The translations under genes and the position numbers were made by a program. This document shows, in pieces, positions 9,620-17,741 of a stretch of DNA of 64,000 nucleotides (the first letter of the stretch is position 1; each line of letters begins with the position of its first letter). A model generated the notes under the pieces. That model made no database searches and had not been told where the DNA came from. It saw only the letters and a list, made by a program, of their open reading frames with translations. The DNA comes from Candidatus Sulfotelmatobacter sp. (lineage in GTDB: Bacteria; Acidobacteriota; Terriglobia; Terriglobales; Acidobacteriaceae). The stretch spans positions 38,442 through 102,441 of the forward strand of contig DATAUY010000133.1 of NCBI GenBank assembly GCA_036268025.1. The letters run 5' to 3'.

Positions 9620-9826
9620 TTACATGGATCTCAATTTCAAGTACCGGTCGAGATCCGGCAATGCGGCTTGGGCCAAATCTCCAACCCCAAGACGGCCCAA
9701 ATACTTTCGCGCAACCGGATTGGAAAGTATCAAGCCCGCCCCGAAAACGACCAGTGCGATTCCGCCCAGCATGTAGAGAGTGTCTTTATCGGTTGAGCTT
9801 CCATTGCTCTTCTCTTCCCTTGACAC
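9620..9826 (-). CDS. Small single-pass membrane protein, unknown function
   Basis: 68-aa ORF with one TM helix (LGGIALVVFGAGLIL), co-directional within the hydrogenase gene train. Confidence 0.4.
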   Translation of the reverse strand: MSREEKSNGSSTDKDTLYMLGGIALVVFGAGLILSNPVARKYLGRLGVGDLAQAALPDLDRYLKLRSM

Positions 9827-9838
9827 GGCAGTCTCCTT

Positions 9839-10684
9839 TCATTCCTGAAAATTCACGCCTGAATCCGGTCGATTTCCGTTGAGAATTTCGTTAACTTTCG
9901 ACATCACCAGTTTGACTGCCTGATCTACGGCCGCTTCCACGGGCCGACTGAGTCCCATCGCGCCCTCCTCGCCTCCGAGCGTTTGGGGCTCACAGCCGAC
10001 TATAAACACACTCTTTACCTCGATATTCATTGCACGCGCCATGCGAAGCACGACCATCGGATTCATCACATGACCGTCTGCCATGCTTTGTGGAGCAGCG
10101 TCCAACTCTTTCAGGTCTGGTTCAACAACATAGAGTGTGCCCGGCGCCTCGCCGCGCGGGCAGGCGTCGATCAAAATAGCGGTTTCGTAGCCATTCAGCA
10201 GCGCATAGGCAAGATCGAAGCCACGAATTCCGAAGTCCGCCACCCGCACCCCGGCCGGTAGGTCAAATAGCGCGACACGGCGAACCACTTCCACGCCGAA
10301 CCCGTCGTCACCCAGAAAAATATTTCCGATGCCGGCGACGAGAATTGTCGGCTCCTCTCTTGTTACGATTTCCGGAACTCCATCGGATGATAGCGGCTCG
10401 ACTTCGTTGACATTGAAGAAGAAACGATGCCCCGGCTGGCGAAGCAGTCCCATGTCTCTTCCTGGATCGCTGTCGAGAACCACGCACACATGCTGCTTCC
10501 CTTCATAGTCTTGCTCAATACATTCGACCGTTGCAGTTTGGCCTTTGAGGGCTATATCCATCACGTCGCCCCCGGGGCGAGGATGCAGCCGGACGCGGCT
10601 TCCAGTTCTGACTTCGACGCCCGCAATCTCCAGGTGGTCGACCGGAGTCTTCTCTTCAAGAAGCTGCCACTCCCATTCGTTCAT
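9839..10684 (-). CDS. [NiFe] hydrogenase maturation endopeptidase (HyaD/HupD family) with an N-terminal extension of roughly 110 aa
   Basis: ILVAGIGNIFLGDDGFGVEVV, DACP.GEAPG and HVMNP...GCEP motifs occupy the C-terminal 170 aa. The N-terminal 110 aa has no motif I recognise. ATGA overlap with the next gene. Confidence 0.85.
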   Translation of the reverse strand: MNEWEWQLLEEKTPVDHLEIAGVEVRTGSRVRLHPRPGGDVMDIALKGQTATVECIEQDYEGKQHVCVVLDSDPGRDMGLLRQPGHRFFFNVNEVEPLSSDGVPEIVTREEPTILVAGIGNIFLGDDGFGVEVVRRVALFDLPAGVRVADFGIRGFDLAYALLNGYETAILIDACPRGEAPGTLYVVEPDLKELDAAPQSMADGHVMNPMVVLRMARAMNIEVKSVFIVGCEPQTLGGEEGAMGLSRPVEAAVDQAVKLVMSKVNEILNGNRPDSGVNFQE

Positions 10685-11742
10685 CGAGCCTCCTTGAGGG
10701 GCCGCATTCCGCGCAGAACTCCGTGCAGCTTCATGAACTGCTCCGCCGGCATAGATTCCGTACGCTCGAGCATTTCGCGCGCGCGCTCATCAGACTGGCT
10801 CATCTCCCGCTTCTCCTCGTCCGTCAGCGTCATGATACGCAGCGAGAGAATCTCGTCTATCTCAGTGCCGTCAAACAGGTCTCCCGCGCTTTCTGGGGCG
10901 ATCTGCGGATAGTCATAGAGAATGATGGGGGAAGAAAGAAGAGTGTCGTGCTGGCCTTCCTCACCAACGAGCACCGGCCACGTGCCGATGTTTTTGCAGT
11001 CCGCGGCGAACACAGTCGTCTCCTCGCTGGGCGCAAGCAAGGAAACGAAGCTTCCGTCGAGCATGCCCAAAATAGTATGAGTCGAGATCAAAGCACTTAA
11101 CAGGGCTTCGTCTCGACTCGCCTGACGCCCCGATTCGAAGTCCGTAGTGTTACGAACAACAACTCTAACGAGGAACATGTTGTCATTCTTCGCCACCGCC
11201 GAAATCTCGACTTCGCCGGAAAGAACATCGGTTTTGCGGAGGAGAATGCCAGCGATTGCGGCATCGGGCTCCCGGAGCGGATCGACTCGCTCTTCCGCCG
11301 GGAAGGAAAATTCTTGTCGCATCGGTCTTTGCGCGAGAGCTTTCACGTTGCAAGCGGCAACGACGACTTCCCGCTCAATCGCCTCTTGCCACCGTTGATA
11401 GAGGTGGCCATTTACCAAGAGACTCTCCACTGAGTAGAACTCAGGAGGTCCTTCCAAAGGTAATTCGCTCGACGACTTGCTCAGTTTCCCTACCGTACGG
11501 TTCACCAACTGGAGGAATCGCACTCGCACTTCCAATCCAGTCAGCGCATCGCCTTGTACCAAACACTCGGTCTGCATACTCCACGCTTCGGTGCCGTTTT
11601 GCGCTTCGCTGTAAGCTCGAGGACAAAGCACTCCGAAATTCCAGCGCTGCTGATTTTTCACAGACGATGGACGATAGGGATAGAGCATGTATCCCTCGTA
11701 GAGCACGGCTCTCGCGATCTTGTCTACCGTTGCGAGATTCAT
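10681..11742 (-). CDS. Conserved hypothetical protein of group 1h hydrogenase loci
   Basis: Start chosen at ATG 11742 (MNLATVDKIARAVLYEGYMLYPYR), which forms an ATGA overlap with the upstream stop. The longest ORF would begin at 11823. No catalytic motif recognised. Confidence 0.6.
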   Translation of the reverse strand: MNLATVDKIARAVLYEGYMLYPYRPSSVKNQQRWNFGVLCPRAYSEAQNGTEAWSMQTECLVQGDALTGLEVRVRFLQLVNRTVGKLSKSSSELPLEGPPEFYSVESLLVNGHLYQRWQEAIEREVVVAACNVKALAQRPMRQEFSFPAEERVDPLREPDAAIAGILLRKTDVLSGEVEISAVAKNDNMFLVRVVVRNTTDFESGRQASRDEALLSALISTHTILGMLDGSFVSLLAPSEETTVFAADCKNIGTWPVLVGEEGQHDTLLSSPIILYDYPQIAPESAGDLFDGTEIDEILSLRIMTLTDEEKREMSQSDERAREMLERTESMPAEQFMKLHGVLRGMRPLKEAR

Positions 11743-12437
11743 TGCAAGGCTTTCTCCTCGCTCTGGCGGTCTCGAATTGGCTGTTCCTCGGCAGGCAATA
11801 TGCTCTCCAGCGCCTGTTCCCACGTTGGAATCCCGCGCTGAACTTTATATCGATAAAACCGATCAAAAGCATCCTTGTGCAGACAAAGCCAGGCACTATT
11901 GGGATAGTGCGCTTCCATCATGTCTCGCCAGACTCGGATTGGGAGTCTGAACCGGCTCTCCTTGTCCCAGGAGATAGGAGCGACTTGCAGCAAACCCTCC
12001 GAGTTCGGATGAAAAACGGTGCCGCTGAATTGCAGACAAAGGGGAACTTCTCCCCCGGCAAGACCGTCGAAATACTTGGTGGCAGCCACATTGAAATCGA
12101 AGCTGCACGGCACAGGAAGATCAACTACCGTTGTTCCGGTAAACGAGGGAATGATCACGTTGACGTGCGTCCACAAAAGACTGCGCAGAGTCTGCCCCCA
12201 TCGGCTTGGCTCGCCGAAAAGATCGAGCAATCGGGCCTGGTCTTCCGGCGTATATCCTCGGCGAGTAACTTCAAGCAGAATCTGGCAGCGCAGCGCGATT
12301 GTGTGAATTGCTTCATCCGGATTTGCACAGTCCATCCGAAGCTTAAATGCAAGGAAAGGCGCCGCCGCTCCGGCGACGACCTCAACACCATCGACTTGGA
12401 AGTTCAGGTCAGGCATGAAATTACTGTTTTTCTGCAA
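11739..12437 (-). CDS. Conserved hypothetical protein of group 1h hydrogenase loci
   Basis: 232-aa ORF, translationally coupled on both sides (17-nt and 4-nt overlaps). No motif recognised. Confidence 0.6.
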   Translation of the reverse strand: MQKNSNFMPDLNFQVDGVEVVAGAAAPFLAFKLRMDCANPDEAIHTIALRCQILLEVTRRGYTPEDQARLLDLFGEPSRWGQTLRSLLWTHVNVIIPSFTGTTVVDLPVPCSFDFNVAATKYFDGLAGGEVPLCLQFSGTVFHPNSEGLLQVAPISWDKESRFRLPIRVWRDMMEAHYPNSAWLCLHKDAFDRFYRYKVQRGIPTWEQALESILPAEEQPIRDRQSEEKALQ

Positions 12438-13092
12438 ACGCGTCGGTAGTTGCGACCGCCGTTTCGATCGAACGCGCTTTCAATCCCGTAAAGAACTCTT
12501 CCAGCCCCCGCCACACTTCCGTTCCTCCGGAAAGGCCCTTCCAGTGCATGCGAATCAAACCGACTAGTCTGTAACATTCATCAATGGGAAGCAGGTAGTA
12601 CTGAAGAGCGGAATATCCTCGCGCGTCTCCCAAGCGATTGACCAGGAGCCCTTCCACATCTGATTCCATCTCGTGCAGCACCGGGTTGCGCGCCACAATA
12701 TCGTTCCAGGATTCGACAGCCAGCAAAGATTCGATCGCGCCCGCAGGACTGGGATAGAGAACGACCACTCGGTTCTCCATGCTGCTTTTGTAGAAGAAGG
12801 CCATGTTGATGGGAATCATCAGGCTGTTCCATTCATTCTCGTCGAGAAGGAACCCGCGAAGAATGCGGACCTGCCGGGGAACGCGTTTGAACTTCACTCC
12901 CTGGCCGCCGAACAGAATCGCGCAGGCGTCGCAGGCGCATAGCAGCTTGCGTGCCGCCAGTTCGAGGAGGTGGGCGTGATCCGAGCGCAACTCCAGACTG
13001 CATAGTTCGCAACGCTCGACATTGCGCTCGCGGCGCGCAAACTGACGGAGAGCCCCAAAACCCGAGGATCCTGCAAATTGTCCTGCACTCAT
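12421..13092 (-). CDS. Cys-rich conserved hypothetical protein of group 1h hydrogenase loci
   Basis: CELCSLEL...LLCACDACAILF gives a five-Cys cluster near the N-terminus. 223 aa, co-directional. Confidence 0.6.
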   Translation of the reverse strand: MSAGQFAGSSGFGALRQFARRERNVERCELCSLELRSDHAHLLELAARKLLCACDACAILFGGQGVKFKRVPRQVRILRGFLLDENEWNSLMIPINMAFFYKSSMENRVVVLYPSPAGAIESLLAVESWNDIVARNPVLHEMESDVEGLLVNRLGDARGYSALQYYLLPIDECYRLVGLIRMHWKGLSGGTEVWRGLEEFFTGLKARSIETAVATTDAFAEKQ

Positions 13093-13128
13093 CGCAACAC
13101 TTCCAAAATAACCAGACGGCTTCGATTT

Positions 13129-13734
13129 CTAGTCCGTACGCCGCTCCGCCACCAGGGAATTACCCTCTGTCAACGATGGAGCAGCGCCCACCATCAGCTT
13201 TTCCAGACCGACAAATCCGGAAGCAGGCTTCTCTTCGAATCCCTCAACGATTAAAGATGCCAGATCCGGAGCGGCGTCATACATCGTCTCTTCCAGCGTG
13301 GCGTGAAGGGTTTTTGCCGTAGAGCCGCATGTGTGTGAGCCGGTTTCGACACGCAGCCGGACTACACCTTCGGTCACCGCGAGCAGCTGTACTTCGCAGC
13401 CGTGTTTGCGCAATTGCGGGCGCACACGCTCCACGGCTCGCGTCACGCGGCTTTCGATATCTTCTGGATGTAGCCCATAGAGCACCAGCACACTGCTCAG
13501 AAGGGGATCATGCCCCAATCGATCAATAATGGCCATCCCTGGTTCCCCGGCTTCGGAAATGATCTCGAGCGCCTTCTCCAGCGCGGAACCGTGCAACTCC
13601 ATCAGCGATTGAACGAGGTTTTTCGTGGACGCACGAATTGCGGGATCGGCAATCGACTCGATCTCCTGCACGAGTCCGCCGATCCGCTGGATGTCATGTT
13701 GAACCTCGCCGTTGCTCACCAGGTTCCTTTCCAA
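13129..13734 (-). CDS. NifU/Nfu C-terminal-domain-like protein
   Basis: C-terminal half (IESRVTRAVERVRPQLRKHGCEVQLLAVTEGVVRLRVETGSHTCGST...TLEETMYDAAPDL) resembles the Nfu-type scaffold domain. It lies directly downstream of hhyL. Confidence 0.65.
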   Translation of the reverse strand: MERNLVSNGEVQHDIQRIGGLVQEIESIADPAIRASTKNLVQSLMELHGSALEKALEIISEAGEPGMAIIDRLGHDPLLSSVLVLYGLHPEDIESRVTRAVERVRPQLRKHGCEVQLLAVTEGVVRLRVETGSHTCGSTAKTLHATLEETMYDAAPDLASLIVEGFEEKPASGFVGLEKLMVGAAPSLTEGNSLVAERRTD

Positions 13735-13845
13735 TCGGAAGTAGGGAATGAGGGCCGCAGTTTGGAGGCGTCAGTTGCGATCGCCGGCGACCACAACCGA
13801 CAGCCCATTAGCTACGCCCTCACTCCCGGTCAACCCCGGTGCAGG

Positions 13846-15642
13846 TCAGGGTTGTAGACCAAACATCGGAGAATGATGCGTCTCCAGCACCTTTCCATTC
13901 CCCAGATACATGTGTACGCCGCACGGCAGGCACGGATCGAAACTTCGCACGGCACGCATGATGTCAATCCCTTTGAATTTCTCGGGGCCGTTCTCTTCAA
14001 AAATTGGTGTGTTCTGAACTGCATCCTCGTAAGGACCCGGCGTGCCATAAATGTCGCGGGGATTGGCATTCCAAGGCGTCGGTGGATATGGATGGTAGTT
14101 GGCGATCTTGCCGCCCTTGATAACGACGTGGTGCGAGAGCACGCCGCGTACGGCCTCGTGGAATCCACAGCCGATCGCCTCCTCCGGCACCTTGAAATCC
14201 GTCCACGTCTTGGTGTGACCGGCGTGCACTTCCGCCAGCGCCTTTTCCATGAAGTGCAAGGCGCAGCAGGCCGCATACACCTGGAAGTAGGTGCGCGCGC
14301 GGTCGCGCTCGATGGCATTGCTCCACTTGGGGATTTTCCACTCGAATTCGACCTCGGGCATTGAGGTGGTCTTCGGCAGATACATCTTCACGCTGCTCCC
14401 GGTAGCCTTGATGTAGCCGATGTCGACCAAACCAGCGAGGGCCGTGGACCAGAGGCGCGCGATGGGGCCGCCCCCGGTGTCCATAGCGAGATGGTCGCCG
14501 GTTCGCTTGTCAAGCCAGCGCGGCGACATCACCCATGTATACTTGCCGCCAAAATCGCGCTTCTGTGGACGGGGAATCGTCGTTTGATTCCACGGATGAT
14601 TCCTGTCAACCGGATTCCCGAGCGGATCAGTCTTGACGAACGTCTGTGAATTCTTCCAATCGTCGTAGTACGAACTGCCGAGCAGAATGCGGATGTTCAG
14701 GTTGATATCCACTAGATCGGTGGTGACGAGTTTCCCATCCACTACGATGCCGGGAGTCACGAACATTGCCTTGCCCCACTCCGACATATTCTTGTAGGTG
14801 TAGTCGCAGACATCCGGATTATTAAATGATCCCCAGCAGGCCAGCAGCACTCGGCGGCGGCCGACTTCTTCATAACCGGGCAGCGCCTGATAAAAGAAAT
14901 CGAACAGATCGTCGTGCAAGGGCACGACCTTCTTCATAAATTCCACATACTTCATCAGGCGAACCAGATAGTCCGTGAAGAGCTGAACGGTTGGCACAGT
15001 ACCCACGCCACCCGGATACAGCGTGGAAGGATGAACGTGGCGGCCCTCCATCAGGCAGAACATTTCGCGCGTCATGCGGCTCATCACCAGAGCTTCCCGG
15101 TAAAAAGCACCTGTGAACGGATTAAGCGCGGTCATGATGTCCGCAATCGTGCGGTAGCCATGCACATTCGAGTGCGGTGCAGCGGTTGACTGGGCCTTGG
15201 CCCAGACTTTCGGATTCGTCTCCTTGACCATTTGCTCGCAGAAGTCCACCCCGACCAGATTGTCCTGAAAAATATTATGGTCGAACATGTATTCGGCGGC
15301 TTCGCCGAGATTGACGATCCACTCGGCGATGGGCGGAGGCTTTATTCCGAATGCCATGTTCTGCGCGTAGGTGGCGCAGGTCGCGTGGTTGTCCCCGCAG
15401 ATCCCGCAGATGCGGCTGGTAATGAAGTGAGCATCGCGCGGATCTTTGCCTTTCATGAAGATGCTGTACCCGCGAAAGATGGATGAAGTGCTGTGGCACT
15501 CGACTACGTGGCGATTCTCAAAATCAATCTTGGTAAAAATTCCGAGGCTGCCCACGATGCGGGTGATCGGGTCCCAGTTCATTTCCACCAGATTCCTCGA
15601 TTGGCTGGGAACATCTTTGGTCGGTGCGGTAATCGTGCTCAT
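13846..15642 (-). CDS. hhyL: [NiFe] hydrogenase large subunit, group 1h/5 (high-affinity, O2-insensitive type)
   Basis: L1 motif TSRICGICGDNH near the N-terminus and L2 motif SFDPCLPCGVHM near the C-terminus, the diagnostic group 1h signatures as I recall them. 598 aa. Confidence 0.95.
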   Translation of the reverse strand: MSTITAPTKDVPSQSRNLVEMNWDPITRIVGSLGIFTKIDFENRHVVECHSTSSIFRGYSIFMKGKDPRDAHFITSRICGICGDNHATCATYAQNMAFGIKPPPIAEWIVNLGEAAEYMFDHNIFQDNLVGVDFCEQMVKETNPKVWAKAQSTAAPHSNVHGYRTIADIMTALNPFTGAFYREALVMSRMTREMFCLMEGRHVHPSTLYPGGVGTVPTVQLFTDYLVRLMKYVEFMKKVVPLHDDLFDFFYQALPGYEEVGRRRVLLACWGSFNNPDVCDYTYKNMSEWGKAMFVTPGIVVDGKLVTTDLVDINLNIRILLGSSYYDDWKNSQTFVKTDPLGNPVDRNHPWNQTTIPRPQKRDFGGKYTWVMSPRWLDKRTGDHLAMDTGGGPIARLWSTALAGLVDIGYIKATGSSVKMYLPKTTSMPEVEFEWKIPKWSNAIERDRARTYFQVYAACCALHFMEKALAEVHAGHTKTWTDFKVPEEAIGCGFHEAVRGVLSHHVVIKGGKIANYHPYPPTPWNANPRDIYGTPGPYEDAVQNTPIFEENGPEKFKGIDIMRAVRSFDPCLPCGVHMYLGNGKVLETHHSPMFGLQP

Positions 15643-15686
15643 GGCGATCGCTCCTTATTTTCACGGTGGGCCTTCCAATCGGCTCG

Positions 15687-16775
15687 TTAGTAAGATCGTG
15701 GATGATAACCGGTGGTCAGTTCTGTACGTGGGTGGCGCCACTTCGGCTCTTTGTTGACAGTGGATTGAGTCATCGAGCGTAGTGCCCGAATGGCGCGCCC
15801 ATACGCGCCTACCGCCGTGCTTGAGAGTTTTCCTCCAGGCGGTTCGTCCATAAAAGGCATGAATTTGTCGGGGAAGCCGGGCATGGTGCACCCGATGCAG
15901 ATACCACCTACGTTAGGACAGCCACCTATCCCTGCCATCCACCCGCGCTTGGGAACATTGCAGTTGACGACCGGGCCCCAGCACCCCAGCTTCACGATGC
16001 ACTTCGGCGAGCCATAAACTTCGGCGAAGTCGCCCTGCTCGTAGTAACCAGCCCGATCGCAGCCCTCGTGGACGGTCTTGCCGAACAACCAGGTAGGTCG
16101 AAGCTGATCGTCGAGCGGAATCATAGGCGCGAGTCCGGCTACCTGATAGAGGAGATAGAGCACCGTCTCCATGAAGTTGTCAGGCTGCACAGGGCATCCG
16201 GGAACATTGACGATGGGCAGTCCGGCTTTCGAGCGCCAATCCCACCCAAGATAATCAGCGAGCCCCATGCAACCCGTTGGATTGCCTTCCATGGCGTGGA
16301 TGCCGCCATAGGTGGCGCAGGTACCGGCACCTATAATCGCGAGAGCCTTTGGAGCCAAGCGGTCGATCCACTCGTTCGTGGTAATGGGCTGATTGGTTTT
16401 GGGATCGGTGCCCAGCGCGGCCCAGTAGCCTTCCTTCTTTATTTTTTCGTTCGGTATCGACCCTTCCACCACCAGCACGAATGGTTCGAGTTCACCTTTT
16501 TCTGCCATATACCAGTACTTCATGAAGTCGTCTCCGACTTCATAGGCCAGCACAGGATTGTGCAGATGCACTTTCGGAAGTCCGGGGATAGCTCCCAGCA
16601 AGACGTCTTCGATGCTGGGCTGCGTCGCAGCCGTGACCGACACTGAGTCTCCGTCACAGCCGAGCCCCGCCGTTATCCAAAGAATATGCACCTCGGGAAC
16701 TGGCGATGGTTTTTGCGTGACCCGACCGTACGGAACTGTTTCCGCTGGCATACTGGAGTCTCCTCTCGCGCTCAC
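15687..16775 (-). CDS. hhyS: [NiFe] hydrogenase small subunit, group 1h/5
   Basis: GLGCDGDS, i.e. an Asp where other groups have the second Cys of CxxC, as reported for the group 1h proximal cluster. Also GTCATYGGIHA, VPGCPVQPDN and GGCPNVGGICIGCTMPGFPD. No twin-arginine signal. Confidence 0.95.
   Translation of the reverse strand: MSARGDSSMPAETVPYGRVTQKPSPVPEVHILWITAGLGCDGDSVSVTAATQPSIEDVLLGAIPGLPKVHLHNPVLAYEVGDDFMKYWYMAEKGELEPFVLVVEGSIPNEKIKKEGYWAALGTDPKTNQPITTNEWIDRLAPKALAIIGAGTCATYGGIHAMEGNPTGCMGLADYLGWDWRSKAGLPIVNVPGCPVQPDNFMETVLYLLYQVAGLAPMIPLDDQLRPTWLFGKTVHEGCDRAGYYEQGDFAEVYGSPKCIVKLGCWGPVVNCNVPKRGWMAGIGGCPNVGGICIGCTMPGFPDKFMPFMDEPPGGKLSSTAVGAYGRAIRALRSMTQSTVNKEPKWRHPRTELTTGYHPRSY
15735..16694 (-). 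repeat. Paralogous copy A of a 960-nt hhyS core (partner 19437-20396)
   Basis: 320 codons align without gaps to the second copy. Off-frame ORFs in both copies even translate to the same peptides (MNLSGKPGMVHPMQIPPTLGQPPIP at 15790 and 19561; SSMLGCVAAV at 16558 and 20239), which shows nucleotide-level conservation. Confidence 0.85.
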
Positions 16776-17051
16776 CGTGCTCGCTGTAACGGGGTTGGTT
16801 GCCGAATATCTCGCTGTGGGATGCTGTGCAAAAAATCCTAAAGTCTGGCTTCGCGGAGTTAGCCGGCCCGCTCTTAGAATGGAGCTGGTGTAAGTAGAAT
16901 CAACAATTTGCTTAGTGCTTTACAAGCAGGAGTGCCACGTTTTGCCTGGCATGGAAACCACCTTAGGAATGGTCAGGGATTCCCTTATGCTTCGAGGGTT
17001 TTAGCGAATGCAAGTAAACAAGGTAATAAGCGCGATTGGCGGTGCTTCGGA

Positions 17052-17741
17052 TCAACTCGCCTTCTCTTGCATGTTCCATCGAATGGCATGCTGCACAAGT
17101 TCGCGAGCGCTGCGCAGCGATAATTTCTCCTTGATGTGCGCCTGGTAAGATTCCACGGTTTTCACGCTCAGGTGTAACGCCTCTGCGATCTGGCGAGTCC
17201 CATGGCCCTCGCCAATCAGGCGGAACACTTCTAGTTCGCGGTCGCTGAGATCCGCAATTGAAGAACTTCGCAGCGTTCCGGGGCCGGTGATGTAATGCTT
17301 CAGCATCCTGTTAGCAATGTTGTCGCTCACATAAATCTCGCCGCCCAGAATGCGGCGAATTGCCACCAGGACCCGCTCAGCCGCTTCCTGTTTCATGATG
17401 TAGCCATTTGCTCCCGCGCGCAGCGCGCGTTCCGCATAGATACCCTCATCGTGCATAGAGAGAATCAAGACGGGCAGAGAGGGATGACTCGTTCGAACGC
17501 TTTTCAGCAAGTCGAGGCCATCAGGGCCATTCAGCGATATATCTACGATGAGAAAGTCCGGCCGGTTCATGGTGAGCATGTGAATCGCGGTAGTTGCCTC
17601 CTGCGCTTCCCCGCACACCATCAGGTCGGACTCACGGTTGATGAGCAGAGCCAAACCCTGGCGAACAATCGGATGATCATCCACTACAAGTATTTTTTTC
17701 TTTGTTGCCGACGGACTTTGTGCTCTCAAGGCAGTAGTCAT
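17052..17741 (-). CDS. NarL/FixJ(LuxR)-family response regulator
   Basis: Receiver domain (ILVVDDHPIVRQGL...LIVDISLNGPDG...) plus a C-terminal LuxR HTH (LSDRELEVFRLIGEGHGTRQIAEALHLSVKTVESY). ATGA overlap with the kinase stop. Confidence 0.9.
   Translation of the reverse strand: MTTALRAQSPSATKKKILVVDDHPIVRQGLALLINRESDLMVCGEAQEATTAIHMLTMNRPDFLIVDISLNGPDGLDLLKSVRTSHPSLPVLILSMHDEGIYAERALRAGANGYIMKQEAAERVLVAIRRILGGEIYVSDNIANRMLKHYITGPGTLRSSSIADLSDRELEVFRLIGEGHGTRQIAEALHLSVKTVESYQAHIKEKLSLRSARELVQHAIRWNMQEKAS

Noticed and set aside
11256-12449. 397-aa plus-strand ORF antisense to two hydrogenase-locus genes
   Set aside because: Its composition is Arg/Ser/Leu-rich and low-complexity, with no motifs. 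It fully overlaps two well-supported, translationally coupled minus-strand genes. This is a typical shadow ORF in GC-rich DNA.
16915-16955. Sigma-54-like TGGCAC (minus strand, complement of 16932-16937) and a TGCCA-N9-TGGCA inverted repeat (16933-16951) in the hhyS upstream gap
   Set aside because: The -12 element does not fit (GG-N10-GC spacing fails; it reads CTTGT), and no EBP-type activator is encoded. The adjacent regulator is NarL-type. The 5-bp inverted repeat is too short to call a binding site without data, though it would be the first place to look for regulator binding.
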